64,000 bases of DNA from an uncultured Gemmatimonadales bacterium (GTDB lineage: Bacteria; Gemmatimonadota; Gemmatimonadetes; Gemmatimonadales; Gemmatimonadaceae): NCBI GenBank assembly GCA_963793305.1, contig CAWBZV010000010.1, positions 32,001 through 96,000 on the forward strand, read 5' to 3'. The notes below the pieces were generated by a model. It saw only the letters and a list, made by a program, of their open reading frames with translations. It had not been told where the DNA came from and made no database searches. Each line of letters starts with the position of its first letter. The first letter of the stretch is position 1. Below are positions 9,862-19,216 of the stretch, piece after piece. Made by a program: the position numbers and the translations under genes.

Positions 9862-10530
9862 TCATTCACAGCACGCGTCCTCGCAGGCAGCGCCGCGCAG
9901 TGCGCGGACGCCTTCCTGTGCGATAATGGGCACCATAACGAACGCCGCCACCGGATCGGCCCACCACCAACCCGCGGCGGCATTCAATAGGAGTCCAGCA
10001 AGGAGAATAGCGGACAGATACGCGCAGAGCGACGCCTGGGCCGCATCACTCACCAGCGCACCGCTCCGGAGCTGCGTCGCGACGCGTCGTTTGGCTCGCG
10101 CGAGCACGGGCATGGTGACCAGTGAGAACAGCGCCACCGCGATGCCGGCCAAACTGGAGTGGGGAGCTTCGCGTCGCATCAGCGCGTGCGCGGCGTCGGC
10201 CAGGACGTATGCGGCGAGGGCGATGAAGCTCGCACCGATGATCCGCGCGCTTTGCCGCTCTACCCGAGCGCGCGTGTGCGCACGGTCGGCGGTGAGACGC
10301 CAGAGCGCCGCGGCGCCCGATACGAGCTCAATGACACTGTCTGCGCCGTAGCCCAGCAGCGCCACGCTCCCGGCCGCCACGCCCGCCGCCAGCGCCACAC
10401 TGGCTTCCGTGCTCACCACCGCGAGCGTCGCGTAGCTCAAGCGCCGACCGCGGCGCACCAACCCGGCGCGGTCCAGCGGAGTCAGAACAATCGGCGTCGT
10501 CGCCTGGAGGCGCTGGCCGCTCGAGCTCAT
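9862..10530 (-). CDS. cation transporter (CDF-like transmembrane domain only)
   Basis: GSVALLGYGADSVIE, SGALVSDA, GWWWADPVAA; C-terminal CEDACCE. Confidence 0.85.
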   Translation of the reverse strand: MSSSGQRLQATTPIVLTPLDRAGLVRRGRRLSYATLAVVSTEASVALAAGVAAGSVALLGYGADSVIELVSGAAALWRLTADRAHTRARVERQSARIIGASFIALAAYVLADAAHALMRREAPHSSLAGIAVALFSLVTMPVLARAKRRVATQLRSGALVSDAAQASLCAYLSAILLAGLLLNAAAGWWWADPVAAFVMVPIIAQEGVRALRGAACEDACCE

Positions 10531-10565
10531 CCCGCAATCTAGCCCCGCCGACGGTTCGGTGTTAT

Positions 10566-10585
10566 AATTTCGTGCGTGCAAAATT
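10566..10585. promoter_or_regulatory. AT-rich imperfect palindrome, candidate MntR/DtxR operator
   Basis: AATTTCGTGCGTGCAAAATT between the divergent cation transporter and porin. Confidence 0.35.
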
Positions 10586-12585
10586 TCTCATTAGCTCACG
10601 CTACGCACAAGTTTTCGTCTGGACTGCGAGCGCTCATTGCCACCGTCGCCGCCGCACACGGATCGATCGCGACGCCGGCGCTCGAGGGCCAAGCCGCTCC
10701 GCCTTTCTCCTGGAGTGGATGGAACGTCGGCGCCGAGGCGGGCTATAGCCACGGGAACGCGAGTGCTACCGTCACGCAGGCCGTTCCGATCAGTTCGAAC
10801 AACACGTTCGGCCGACTCGATGGCGGTCCGCACCTCGGGTACACAGCTGTGCGTTCCTCGCGGCTTCTCTTGGGCGCCGAAGCCGACATCGTATTCCCTG
10901 ATTTTTTCGAAGACGGCGCCGTCTCATCGCGGAGAACGGCGCAAGGGAGCCGGGTCACCGAGAACGTCGACTTTGTCTCAACCCTCCGCGGCCGCCTTGG
11001 CTACGCCTCGGATCGCTGGCTCGTGTACGGAACCGGGGGATTCGCTGGGTCGCAAGCGCGCTTCATTGAGAGTGCCGCCTCGACCAATGACCAGCACCAC
11101 ATCCTGCGCTTCCGACCGGGATGGTCGCTGGGTACTGGGGCTGAGCTCGCGCTCGCGCCGGGCTGGGCCGCGAGAGTTGAATATCGCTACGACCGGCTCG
11201 GTCGAGCCGGCGTCACCTTCCCGTCCGGTACCGGCGTCGAATCGAAGCTGGATGCGCACGACTTCCGACTGGGACTCAGTCGAACGTTGGCGTGGCCCGG
11301 CTCGCACCGGCACTCGGGAGTGTCCAATACTCCGGCGCCGGCTGAGCACGACCGATGGAATATCCACGCCCAAGACACGTTCGTCGAACAGGGGTATTTC
11401 CATTTCTCATCACCTTACGAGGGAACGAACAGTCTGACCGGCGCCAGTCAGGCGAAGAACACGGAGAGCGCGACCGCATTTCTTGGCGTGCGGTTATGGA
11501 AGGGCGGTGCATTGTATTTCAATCCGGAGATCGACCAGGGCTTCGGCCTCAATGACACCCATGGCGTATCTGCTTTCCCCAACGGAGAGGCGCAGAAAGC
11601 CAGCTTTCCCATGGCGCGCTTCGTCGTGGACCGGATCATCCTGCGTCAAACATTCGGCCTCGGTGGTGAACGGGAGTCGATCGCCGACGGCCCCAATCAG
11701 CTCGCCGAGCAACCCGACATCTCACGGATCACGCTCGTCGCCGGGAGGCTGGCCGTCACCGATTACTTCGATAACAACGCCTACGCGAACGACCCGCGAA
11801 CGAACTTTCTCAACTGGAATGTCTACGGGGCCGGTGCCTACGACTGGACAATGGACCAACTCAGTTGGACGTGGGGCGCTCTGGCGGAGCTGAACCAGAA
11901 ACAGTGGGCCTTCCGTGCCGGCTACTTCCTCCTGCCGACCGTATCCAGTGTCAACACGTTTGACATGCACATCCCCGACCGCGGGGAGTATGCGGCCGAA
12001 TTCGAGTGGCGATATGCACTGGTCTCGCAACCGGGCACGTTGCGCGTGTTCGGATGGGTGAACCATGGCATCATGGGCAGCTACGCCGACGCCCTCGCTC
12101 TCCCCGTGACGACGCCCAACTATCCCGACATCACGCTCACGCGCCAGGTGCGCACCAATCCCGGCGTCGTGCTGAACGCCGAGCAGGCCATCACCACTGA
12201 GCTCGGCCTCTTCTCACGCGCGAGTTGGAGTCCCGGACGGGATGAGATCCTCGGCGGGACGGACTGCAGCGAGAGCTGGTCGCTGGGAGGGGTCCTTCAG
12301 GGAAGGTGGTGGGGCCGGCCCCAGGACCACGTCGGCCTCGGCGGCGTCGTGGGCGGCCTGTCCCCCGTCGCCCGTGCCTACTTCGCGGCCGGCGGATTGG
12401 GAATCTTGATCGGCGACGGGCGACTCGACTACCGCGCGGAGAAAGCGCTCGAGGCCTATTACTCCTACGCGCCCTGGACGTGGGCGACGCTCAGTCTCGA
12501 CTATCAATTCATCGTCAATCCGGGATACAACGCGGCCCGCGGGCCGGTACCGATATACGCCATACGGGTCCACACCGCGTTTTGA
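10576..12585 (+). CDS. OprB-family porin with N-terminal OMP beta-barrel domain (MnoP-like Mn2+ porin); start uncertain
   Basis: N-terminal WSGWNVGAEAGY..RGRLGY..GWSLGTG..RVEYRY; C-terminal NPEIDQGFGL, FPNGEAQK, YANDPRTNFLNW, GGLGILIGDG, NPGYNAARGP, terminal Phe. Confidence 0.85.
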   Translation: MQNFSLAHATHKFSSGLRALIATVAAAHGSIATPALEGQAAPPFSWSGWNVGAEAGYSHGNASATVTQAVPISSNNTFGRLDGGPHLGYTAVRSSRLLLGAEADIVFPDFFEDGAVSSRRTAQGSRVTENVDFVSTLRGRLGYASDRWLVYGTGGFAGSQARFIESAASTNDQHHILRFRPGWSLGTGAELALAPGWAARVEYRYDRLGRAGVTFPSGTGVESKLDAHDFRLGLSRTLAWPGSHRHSGVSNTPAPAEHDRWNIHAQDTFVEQGYFHFSSPYEGTNSLTGASQAKNTESATAFLGVRLWKGGALYFNPEIDQGFGLNDTHGVSAFPNGEAQKASFPMARFVVDRIILRQTFGLGGERESIADGPNQLAEQPDISRITLVAGRLAVTDYFDNNAYANDPRTNFLNWNVYGAGAYDWTMDQLSWTWGALAELNQKQWAFRAGYFLLPTVSSVNTFDMHIPDRGEYAAEFEWRYALVSQPGTLRVFGWVNHGIMGSYADALALPVTTPNYPDITLTRQVRTNPGVVLNAEQAITTELGLFSRASWSPGRDEILGGTDCSESWSLGGVLQGRWWGRPQDHVGLGGVVGGLSPVARAYFAAGGLGILIGDGRLDYRAEKALEAYYSYAPWTWATLSLDYQFIVNPGYNAARGPVPIYAIRVHTAF

Positions 12586-12617
12586 CATTGCAGCCGAGAG
12601 GCCACAGCTTGCAGCGA

Positions 12618-13376
12618 ATGGTTGCGCGCAAGAAGCGGGGTACCAGTTCTCCGCGTGAGCCGAAGGCGCCGGTCGCGACGGACGAGATCACACCGCCCGC
12701 GGAGGACTTCCTGAAGGCGGTCTACCAGATCGGGCGCGCTGGCAATGCCGTTGCGACAACCGAGTTGGCGCACCATCTCGGACTGGCGGCCGCATCGGTG
12801 ACCGGCATGGCGCGCCGTCTCGCCGACGCGGGTTTGGTGACGCATGAGCCCTACCACGGCGTCCGCCTCACATCGGCCGGTCGTCGCGCCGCTCTCCGCA
12901 CACTCCGGCGGCATCGCGTCATCGAGACGTACCTCGTGCGCGCGCTGGGCTACCCGTGGGACGAAGTCCATCCGGAGGCGGAACGCCTCGAGCATTCTGC
13001 GTCCGACACCTTGGTCGACCGCATGGCCGCGGCCATCGGTGAGCCCACGACTGATCCGCATGGGGCGCCGATCCCCACGCGCGACGGCGCCGTGGACGAC
13101 GCGCCGGCGCCGTCACTCGCTTCGGTCGAGGTGGGCACCACGGTCAGTGTGCTGCGCGTCAGCAATGAAGATCCGGTACTGCTCCGTCATCTGGCGGGAC
13201 TGGGCCTCGTGCCAGGCGCGTTGGTGACGGTGCGCGAGCGCGCGCCGTTTGCGGGACCAGTGGTGATCGATGTGGGTCGCGTCCGTGAGCAGATCGGTGT
13301 GCCGCTCGCCGAGCGCGTGCTCGTGGCGGTGTCGCATCATCGTCTGCCTTCGCGGACCCGTCGCGCGAATTCGTAA
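12618..13376 (+). CDS. mntR: DtxR/MntR-family metal-dependent repressor with FeoA domain
   Basis: EDFLKAVY, RRHRVIETYL, EAERLEH, DPHGAPIP, C-terminal LGLVPGA FeoA/SH3. Confidence 0.9.
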   Translation: MVARKKRGTSSPREPKAPVATDEITPPAEDFLKAVYQIGRAGNAVATTELAHHLGLAAASVTGMARRLADAGLVTHEPYHGVRLTSAGRRAALRTLRRHRVIETYLVRALGYPWDEVHPEAERLEHSASDTLVDRMAAAIGEPTTDPHGAPIPTRDGAVDDAPAPSLASVEVGTTVSVLRVSNEDPVLLRHLAGLGLVPGALVTVRERAPFAGPVVIDVGRVREQIGVPLAERVLVAVSHHRLPSRTRRANS

Positions 13377-13414
13377 TCGAAGCGGCGCGGCGGGCCAGAC
13401 GGCGAGTTGATACG

Positions 13415-13759
13415 TCAGTCGTGGGCCTGACGATCAGACGGCGGCAAACTCTGGGCGTGCGAGGCTTTTCCCGCCGTGTAGCGGCGCTCGAGGTCCTGGT
13501 TCTCGGACGCGTGCCGCTGGACCCGCTGATCCGACGATTCATCAGCGCGCGGGTTGGCGATCTCTTGCTGGTGCCGGTTGTCCATCGTGGTACGCTCGCT
13601 CGCGTATTGGCGATCGAGCGGTCCGGAATCCCACTGCACGACAGCGACTGTGGTACCTTGAGCGGGGCGCTCCTGCTCTCTTCCGTACGAGGCACACGCC
13701 GCGAACGTCGCGAGCGTGGTGAGGATAGTCAGCATCTGCACCGAGCGTTGGACGCGCAT
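13415..13759 (-). CDS. small hydrophilic lipoprotein, unknown function
   Basis: Lipobox FAA-C, GGAGG RBS, consensus promoter upstream. Confidence 0.7.
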   Translation of the reverse strand: MRVQRSVQMLTILTTLATFAACASYGREQERPAQGTTVAVVQWDSGPLDRQYASERTTMDNRHQQEIANPRADESSDQRVQRHASENQDLERRYTAGKASHAQSLPPSDRQAHD

Positions 13760-13837
13760 AGACCCTCCCGGGCCAAGAGTGTGACGGCGCGCGGTACCGG
13801 GTGAACTCCATGGTGCGCGTGCTATCACTAGCTCACT

Positions 13838-13866
13838 ATTATATTGTACACAACTATATTTGTCAA
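13838..13866 (-). promoter_or_regulatory. perfect sigma70 promoter TTGACA-17-TATAAT with an OhrR-like box in the spacer
   Basis: Minus strand TTGACA aatatagttgtgtacaa TATAAT. Confidence 0.8.
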
Positions 13867-13908
13867 TGACCAATTGTGCGATATCTGTCTATGAGGCTAT
13901 GTCATGGT

Positions 13909-14358
13909 TCAGTCGGCAGTCGTCTGGTCCATGGGCCACACGACGGACGCGTTCTCGGGGAGTAGCACGTCCTCGAGCTCATGGATGACACCGTTCGAGG
14001 CGAGCAGATCGCTGCGCGCGAGACGCGCCCCGCCAACGTAGATCCGCCCGGAGCGCGCGGCCATCGACAGCGGCCGGCCGTTCAGCGCCCGCGACGTCGA
14101 GGTTCTGTACCTGACGATATCGGCCGCGAGGATCCGCCCCGACACGACGTGGCTGCGGAGCATGTCGGCCAAGTCCTCGGGGTCGGCGACCAGCGTCGCG
14201 AGTCGGTCCGCGGCGATGCGGGCGAACACCGCATCGCTCGGCGCGAAGAGCGTGAACGGCCCCGCGCCACGGAGCGTATCCATCAGCCCCGCGACCTTGA
14301 TCGCCTGGACGAGCGTCGTGAACCTCCCGTCGCTCGTCGCCGCACCCATGAGGTCCAT
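13909..14358 (-). CDS. fasciclin (FAS1) domain protein
   Basis: FTTLVQAIKVAGL, GPFTLFAPSD, ASNGVIHELEDVLLP. Confidence 0.9.
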   Translation of the reverse strand: MDLMGAATSDGRFTTLVQAIKVAGLMDTLRGAGPFTLFAPSDAVFARIAADRLATLVADPEDLADMLRSHVVSGRILAADIVRYRTSTSRALNGRPLSMAARSGRIYVGGARLARSDLLASNGVIHELEDVLLPENASVVWPMDQTTAD

Positions 14359-14470
14359 CGCGTGGGATCGCCTGAGCGGTGCGATCCGATAGTTCTCAGA
14401 GAACGCGCGGAGGAGCCGTCGGTCGGTCGTGTGTCCAACGCCTGACCACAGCATGGTGTCGGCCTGTGGC

Positions 14471-14635
14471 CTACGGCTGTCGGATGAGGATGATCACGGT
14501 CGCCGTCGCGAAAACGCTCACCACGAGCCACCACAGGACGAACCCCACCACTTCACTGCGACTGTGATGTACGTGCGGGCGGCGCCAGCCACCGCGGCGT
14601 ACGTCCTGAACGATCGTCGCTTCCTCTGGTGCCAT
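14471..14635 (-). CDS. small membrane hypothetical protein
   Basis: 54 aa with a C-terminal TM helix; co-oriented with neighbours. Confidence 0.35.
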   Translation of the reverse strand: MAPEEATIVQDVRRGGWRRPHVHHSRSEVVGFVLWWLVVSVFATATVIILIRQP

Positions 14636-14746
14636 GACGTACTCTCTGTCTTGGGAGCCGCAGACTAAAGACAACGCGTGGCGCGCCTACCTGATATCGG
14701 ACTCCACAGAGTGCACAATACGCGCCACGCCCAAGGCGCAATGCCC

Positions 14747-17700
14747 CTACAACACGCGCCGCAACGTGAGCCTGAACCGCGACCCGGCTCCCGGCGTGCT
14801 GTCGACGGTCAGATCGCCGTTCATCGCGCGCGCCAAGGCACGGCTGATCGCGAGGCCCAGGCCGACGCCACCGGGCGGGGCGCTCGTGAGTCCGCGATCG
14901 ATCTGGACGAACGGCTCGAAGATGTGCTCGAGCTGCTCGGGCGCGATGCCCCGGCCCGTGTCCCACACCTCGATCCCTACCGCGTCGTCCGCCGTGAGGT
15001 AGTCGACGCCGATGCGCCCACCGGGTGCCGTGAACTGGAGGGCGTTCGACAGCAGGTTCAAGAGCACCTGCCGCACCTTCTCCGGATCGGCGCGCACCAT
15101 GACAGGAGAATCCGTGCGCTCGAACTGGAGCGACTGCGCCCGGAGCTGAGGCGTGATGAGCTCGTGCAGCTCGGCGACCAACGCCCCGATGGGGACGTCA
15201 GCCATGCGAATGTCCAGGTGGCCGGCCTCGACCTTGGCGAAGTTGAGGATGTCGTTGATGAGCGCGAGCAGGTATCGCGAGCTGCGCTTGATGCGGTCCA
15301 AGTCCCCGTGTTGCGCCTCGGTGATCGGGCCGCGCAGGCCGAGCTCGAGCAGTTCGGCGTAGCCGGTAATCGCATTGAGCGGCGTCCGCAGGTCGTGGCT
15401 CATGCTCGCCAGGAAGTGGCTCTTGGCCTTGTTCGCGGTCTCCGCCACCGTCCTCGCCTCATCGGCTATGACGCGACCCGCCTCGGCAATGTCGAGCAAC
15501 TGTCGCCGGGCTTCCGCCACTTCGTCCGCCCGCTCCCCGTACCGTTTACTGGCGTCAATGTCCCCGAACACCAGCACCACCCCATCGACACGGCGGTCGA
15601 TCGTCTGGTACGGACGGATCGTGAGCGCCCACCAGCGCCCGTCATCGTCCCGCACCTCCTGTTCGACCAGCACGAGCGTTTCGACCACACCCGTGATCTG
15701 CCGCTCCAGATCGGGGGCCACGACGCGCAACTTGATGTCGCCGAGCGGACGGCCGACGTCGGACGCGATCACGCGCATCACCCGGTCCGTGGCCGGCGTG
15801 AAGCGGCGGAGGCGAAGGTCGGCGCCGACGATCACGATCGGGATCGTCGTACTCGCCAGGACATTCGACAGATCGCCCGAGAGGGCCGCCAGCTCGCGAT
15901 TCCGATGTCGCAGCTCCTCGTTCAGCGTCGTCAGCTCTTCATTCGTGGATTGCACCTCTTCCTTGGTCGTCTCCAGCTCTTCGTTGGTGCTCTGCAACTC
16001 TTCGTTGCTCGACTGAATCTCTTCGCTGGCCGCGCGGAGCTCCTCCGTGGTCGCCTCGTGCTGTTGGACGACATCCTGCAGGTAGCGCTTCGTCGCCGCG
16101 AGCTCGTGTCGCAGCGCGTCGAGCTGTTTCGCGTCGACACTCGCGCGGCCGCGGCGCTGCGTCACCGGCGGGCGCTCGACGTTGGCGTCCGCCGCCGTCA
16201 GGGGCGGATCAGCGGCGACGGGGCGCGTGACCGAGAACGAGACGACGAAGAACGGCGCGGCCGCCGATGGAGGCCGGAACGGGAGCACATCGATCACGAC
16301 CGCCCGGACGACACCGCCGTCGACCAGCGTGCGACCCTCCGCGCGCACCGGCACCCCATCAGTTCGCGCCTGACGGATCGCCGTATGCAGCGGCATGACC
16401 AGCTCGGGCCGCGCCAGCTTGAGCAGCTCCAGGCTCGCCGTCCCCGGCCCGTGGGCAAGCAAGCCAGCCGTATCGCCGCGGAACTGCAGGATCTCCATAT
16501 AGTCGTTGATCACGACGCCGGGAGGCGTGAACCGGGCGAGCACGGCGCGATCCGCGGCGCCTCCAATCTCATCGGGCGACGGGGCGATCATCAGGCCTCG
16601 CGGAGGACTGCCGCGACGCCCCGTGCCCGCGAGCGCCACCGTCGGCGTCGTCGCGAGGTCAACGTCAAGTGGACGGGCCGTGGCCGCGCGCCGACGATAG
16701 ATCCCCTGTCGCTTGGCGAGCGGCTCGAAATGCTCCGAGTACGAGCCGGCCGACTCCGCGCTCCCCAGGACCAGGAGGCCGTGCGGCTCGAGCGCATAGT
16801 GGAAAACGGGGAACACCCGCCGCTGCAGCTCCGGCTCCATATAGATGAGCACATTCCGGCAACTGATCAGATCGAGGCGCGAGAAGGGCGGATCGCGGAC
16901 GACGTTCTGTCGGGAGAAGACGCACAGGTCGCGAACGGACTTCGCGATCCGGTACCCGTCCCTTTCCGCCACGAAAAAGCGTCGGAGTCGTTCCGGAGAG
17001 ACGTCGGCGGTGATACTCTCTGGATACAGGCCCCCCCGGGCCCCGGCGATCGAGGCCTCGCTCAAGTCCGTGCCAAAGATCTGGATCAGACGGTCGCCCG
17101 CCGCGTCGCCCAGGAACTCGAGTAACGCGATCGCGAGGGAATACGCCTCCTCACCGCCGGCGCACCCCGCCACCCAGATCCGCACGGGCGTACCAACGGC
17201 ATGCGCCTCCATCATCTCCGCAAATGCCGCCGTCTGCAATTTCGCGAAGACCTCCGGGTCCCGGAAGAAGCGTGTCACGCCAATGAGCAGATCTTCGTAG
17301 AGGACGTCGAGCTCGGCCGGATTGAGTCGGACATGGGCGAGATAGTCGCCGTGCGCATCGTGCCGGTGGGCCAGCATCCGTCGCAGGACGCGCCGGTGCA
17401 GTGTGCCGCGCCGATAGTGCTGGAAGTCGACGCCGGTGCGCCGGTGCAGGAGCGCGAGGATCGTGCGCAGCTCATCGCCATCGGTGTCGTTGGTCGGCGC
17501 CGCGTCCGACGGATGTCGCGCGAGGTGGGCCGCGAGGCGCGCCAGCTGCTCGGCGATTTCCTCAGGGGTGAGAATGAAATCCACCGCTCCCGTGTCGATC
17601 GCGCTCCGGGGCATGCTCGGCGACTGCGCGGACGCGCTCTCTTGCGCGATCGTGATGCCACCCGCCTCTTTGATCGCCTGGATCCCGATCGCGCCATCGG

Positions 17701-18241
17701 ACCCAGCACCGGAGAGGATCACGGCGACGGCGCTACTGCCGCGCTCGTCGGCCAGCGAACACAGGAACGCGTCGATGGGCAGGTGTGGTCCTGGACTCTT
17801 TTTTCGCGCGACCAACCGGAGATGGTCGTCCACGACCGTCATCGTCGTGTTGGGCGGGATCACGTAGGCATGGTCGGCATCGAGGCGCATGCCGTCCACC
17901 GCCTGCACCACCGGAATCGCCGAGGCACGACCGAGCAGCTCCGGCAGGAGGCTCTCGTGCGTCGGGTCGAGGTGCTGCACGAACACGTACGCGAGCCCGG
18001 TGGCCGACGGCAGATGGTGCAACAGCCGCAGAAACGCGTCCAGGCCGCCGGCCGAGGCTCCGATCCCCACAATGGGAATCGCGGCCACGCGCGGCGAGAC
18101 GGCCTCCGCCGTGGCGTCTTCGGTCAATGGGATCACGGGCAACGCCACTGGTGTGCTGTCAGCGGGGGATAGCTCGCGACCCGCGAGCGGCTCTTTTGCC
18201 CGGCCGCGCCGCGTTCCCGCGCGTGATCTCGGTCGAGTCAT
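14747..18241 (-). CDS. CheB methylesterase-CheR methyltransferase-PAS-histidine kinase fusion
   Basis: GASAGG/VQHL/LSGAGSDG; RIWVAGCAGGEEAYS, SCRNVLIY; EELQSTNEEL coiled coil; SHDLRTPL, NLLSNA, DTGRGI, GVGLGL. Confidence 0.95.
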   Translation of the reverse strand: MTRPRSRAGTRRGRAKEPLAGRELSPADSTPVALPVIPLTEDATAEAVSPRVAAIPIVGIGASAGGLDAFLRLLHHLPSATGLAYVFVQHLDPTHESLLPELLGRASAIPVVQAVDGMRLDADHAYVIPPNTTMTVVDDHLRLVARKKSPGPHLPIDAFLCSLADERGSSAVAVILSGAGSDGAIGIQAIKEAGGITIAQESASAQSPSMPRSAIDTGAVDFILTPEEIAEQLARLAAHLARHPSDAAPTNDTDGDELRTILALLHRRTGVDFQHYRRGTLHRRVLRRMLAHRHDAHGDYLAHVRLNPAELDVLYEDLLIGVTRFFRDPEVFAKLQTAAFAEMMEAHAVGTPVRIWVAGCAGGEEAYSLAIALLEFLGDAAGDRLIQIFGTDLSEASIAGARGGLYPESITADVSPERLRRFFVAERDGYRIAKSVRDLCVFSRQNVVRDPPFSRLDLISCRNVLIYMEPELQRRVFPVFHYALEPHGLLVLGSAESAGSYSEHFEPLAKRQGIYRRRAATARPLDVDLATTPTVALAGTGRRGSPPRGLMIAPSPDEIGGAADRAVLARFTPPGVVINDYMEILQFRGDTAGLLAHGPGTASLELLKLARPELVMPLHTAIRQARTDGVPVRAEGRTLVDGGVVRAVVIDVLPFRPPSAAAPFFVVSFSVTRPVAADPPLTAADANVERPPVTQRRGRASVDAKQLDALRHELAATKRYLQDVVQQHEATTEELRAASEEIQSSNEELQSTNEELETTKEEVQSTNEELTTLNEELRHRNRELAALSGDLSNVLASTTIPIVIVGADLRLRRFTPATDRVMRVIASDVGRPLGDIKLRVVAPDLERQITGVVETLVLVEQEVRDDDGRWWALTIRPYQTIDRRVDGVVLVFGDIDASKRYGERADEVAEARRQLLDIAEAGRVIADEARTVAETANKAKSHFLASMSHDLRTPLNAITGYAELLELGLRGPITEAQHGDLDRIKRSSRYLLALINDILNFAKVEAGHLDIRMADVPIGALVAELHELITPQLRAQSLQFERTDSPVMVRADPEKVRQVLLNLLSNALQFTAPGGRIGVDYLTADDAVGIEVWDTGRGIAPEQLEHIFEPFVQIDRGLTSAPPGGVGLGLAISRALARAMNGDLTVDSTPGAGSRFRLTLRRVL

Positions 18242-18446
18242 GCGACACCGGTACCGGGCAGGTCCATGTCAGGACAATCGCCGCACTCGGTGGAAGGCGT
18301 TGAACATGCCACGCGCGCCATCGTTGCGCAAACCTCGCGCACGCCACACCCGTCGAGCGCACGGCCAGCATGAGGCAGGAACGGGTTGGCTCGCAGAGGG
18401 GCCTCGAGGCCGGAGTAGGAAGTGGCGATCAATGTGTTCGTCTACG

Positions 18447-18475
18447 ATTATATTGTGTGTGATCTAATAAGTCAA
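18447..18475 (-). promoter_or_regulatory. near-consensus sigma70 promoter TTGACT-17-TATAAT pointing toward the cheBR kinase
   Basis: Minus strand TTGACT tattagatcacacacaa TATAAT. Confidence 0.7.
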
Positions 18476-18485
18476 TGTGCAACGG

Positions 18486-18513
18486 TTGACAATGTGATTG
18501 TACGCTATATAGT
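18486..18513 (+). promoter_or_regulatory. sigma70 promoter of the MarR/OhrR gene
   Basis: TTGACA-16-TATAGT, with ATTGTACGCTAT in the spacer. Confidence 0.6.
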
Positions 18514-18522
18514 ATTTCATCT

Positions 18523-19065
18523 GTGACGCGATCCGTTTCTCTGATCACCACCGCGAGGCACGCCGTGCCGAAGACCACCAATGCCGATCCCGGCCACCAG
18601 AGCGATCGGCTGTCCTTCGATCTCTACGCCGCGGCGCGAGCGATTACGCGTGCCTACCGCCCGCTGCTGTTGGAGCTCGGACTCACGTACCCGCAGTACC
18701 TGGTCATGCTGATGCTCTGGCAACGGGCGCCACGGACGGTGAAGGAGTTGGGCGAGAGCTTGGAGCTCGACTCCGGCACGCTCTCGCCACTGCTCAAGCG
18801 CTTGGCCGCGTCGGGCCTGATCACGCGCCAGCGCCGCCACAATGACGAGCGCACGGTCGACATCGCGCCCACGCTCAAAGGGCGCGCGCTCTGGCGGGAG
18901 GCGGTGAGTGTGCCGACCGCGTTGGCCGCGGTGATGGGCCTCTCGCCCGATGAGGGGCGCAAGCTGCGGGCGTTGCTGCGCAAATTGGGTGCGTCGCTGG
19001 AGCAGCACGAGACCGACGCGGGGTCGGCCGGCGCCGGTGCGAGGCCGCTCGTCGGAGAGCGCTGA
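18523..19065 (+). CDS. MarR-family regulator, OhrR-like but Cys-free
   Basis: LSFDLYAAARAITRAYRPLL.ELGLTYPQYLVM, LDSGTLSPLLKRL, DER. Confidence 0.88.
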   Translation: MTRSVSLITTARHAVPKTTNADPGHQSDRLSFDLYAAARAITRAYRPLLLELGLTYPQYLVMLMLWQRAPRTVKELGESLELDSGTLSPLLKRLAASGLITRQRRHNDERTVDIAPTLKGRALWREAVSVPTALAAVMGLSPDEGRKLRALLRKLGASLEQHETDAGSAGAGARPLVGER

Positions 19066-19096
19066 GACTTCGCGCGATCGCCAACGACCCAATGAG

Positions 19097-19216
19097 ACAC
19101 GAAGGCCGCGACGGTGAGAACGTCCACCAGCGCGGCCTCTGCTCATTAATGTGTGGATTGTGAGGTTCTACAAACGCGCCCGGAGAGACTCGAACTCCCA
19201 ACCTTTTGATCCGTAG
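19097..19216 (-). repeat. att-like direct repeat: tRNA-Arg(ACG) 3' part plus downstream hairpin
   Basis: 19167-19216 identical to 21904-21953 (50 nt); 19097-19166 imperfectly matches 21835-21903. Confidence 0.9.

Noticed and set aside
10531..10640. yybP-ykoY Mn riboswitch ahead of the porin or transporter
   Set aside because: Intergenic space is very short and no recognisable conserved riboswitch elements were seen
14678..17125. 815-aa plus-strand ORF and similar long antisense ORFs (29830, 33697, 48616, 55340)
   Set aside because: Arg/Ala-rich, motif-free shadows of well-supported opposite-strand genes in high-GC DNA
19175..19216. Additional tRNA-Arg gene
   Set aside because: Only the 3' part from the anticodon loop is present; treated as an att repeat
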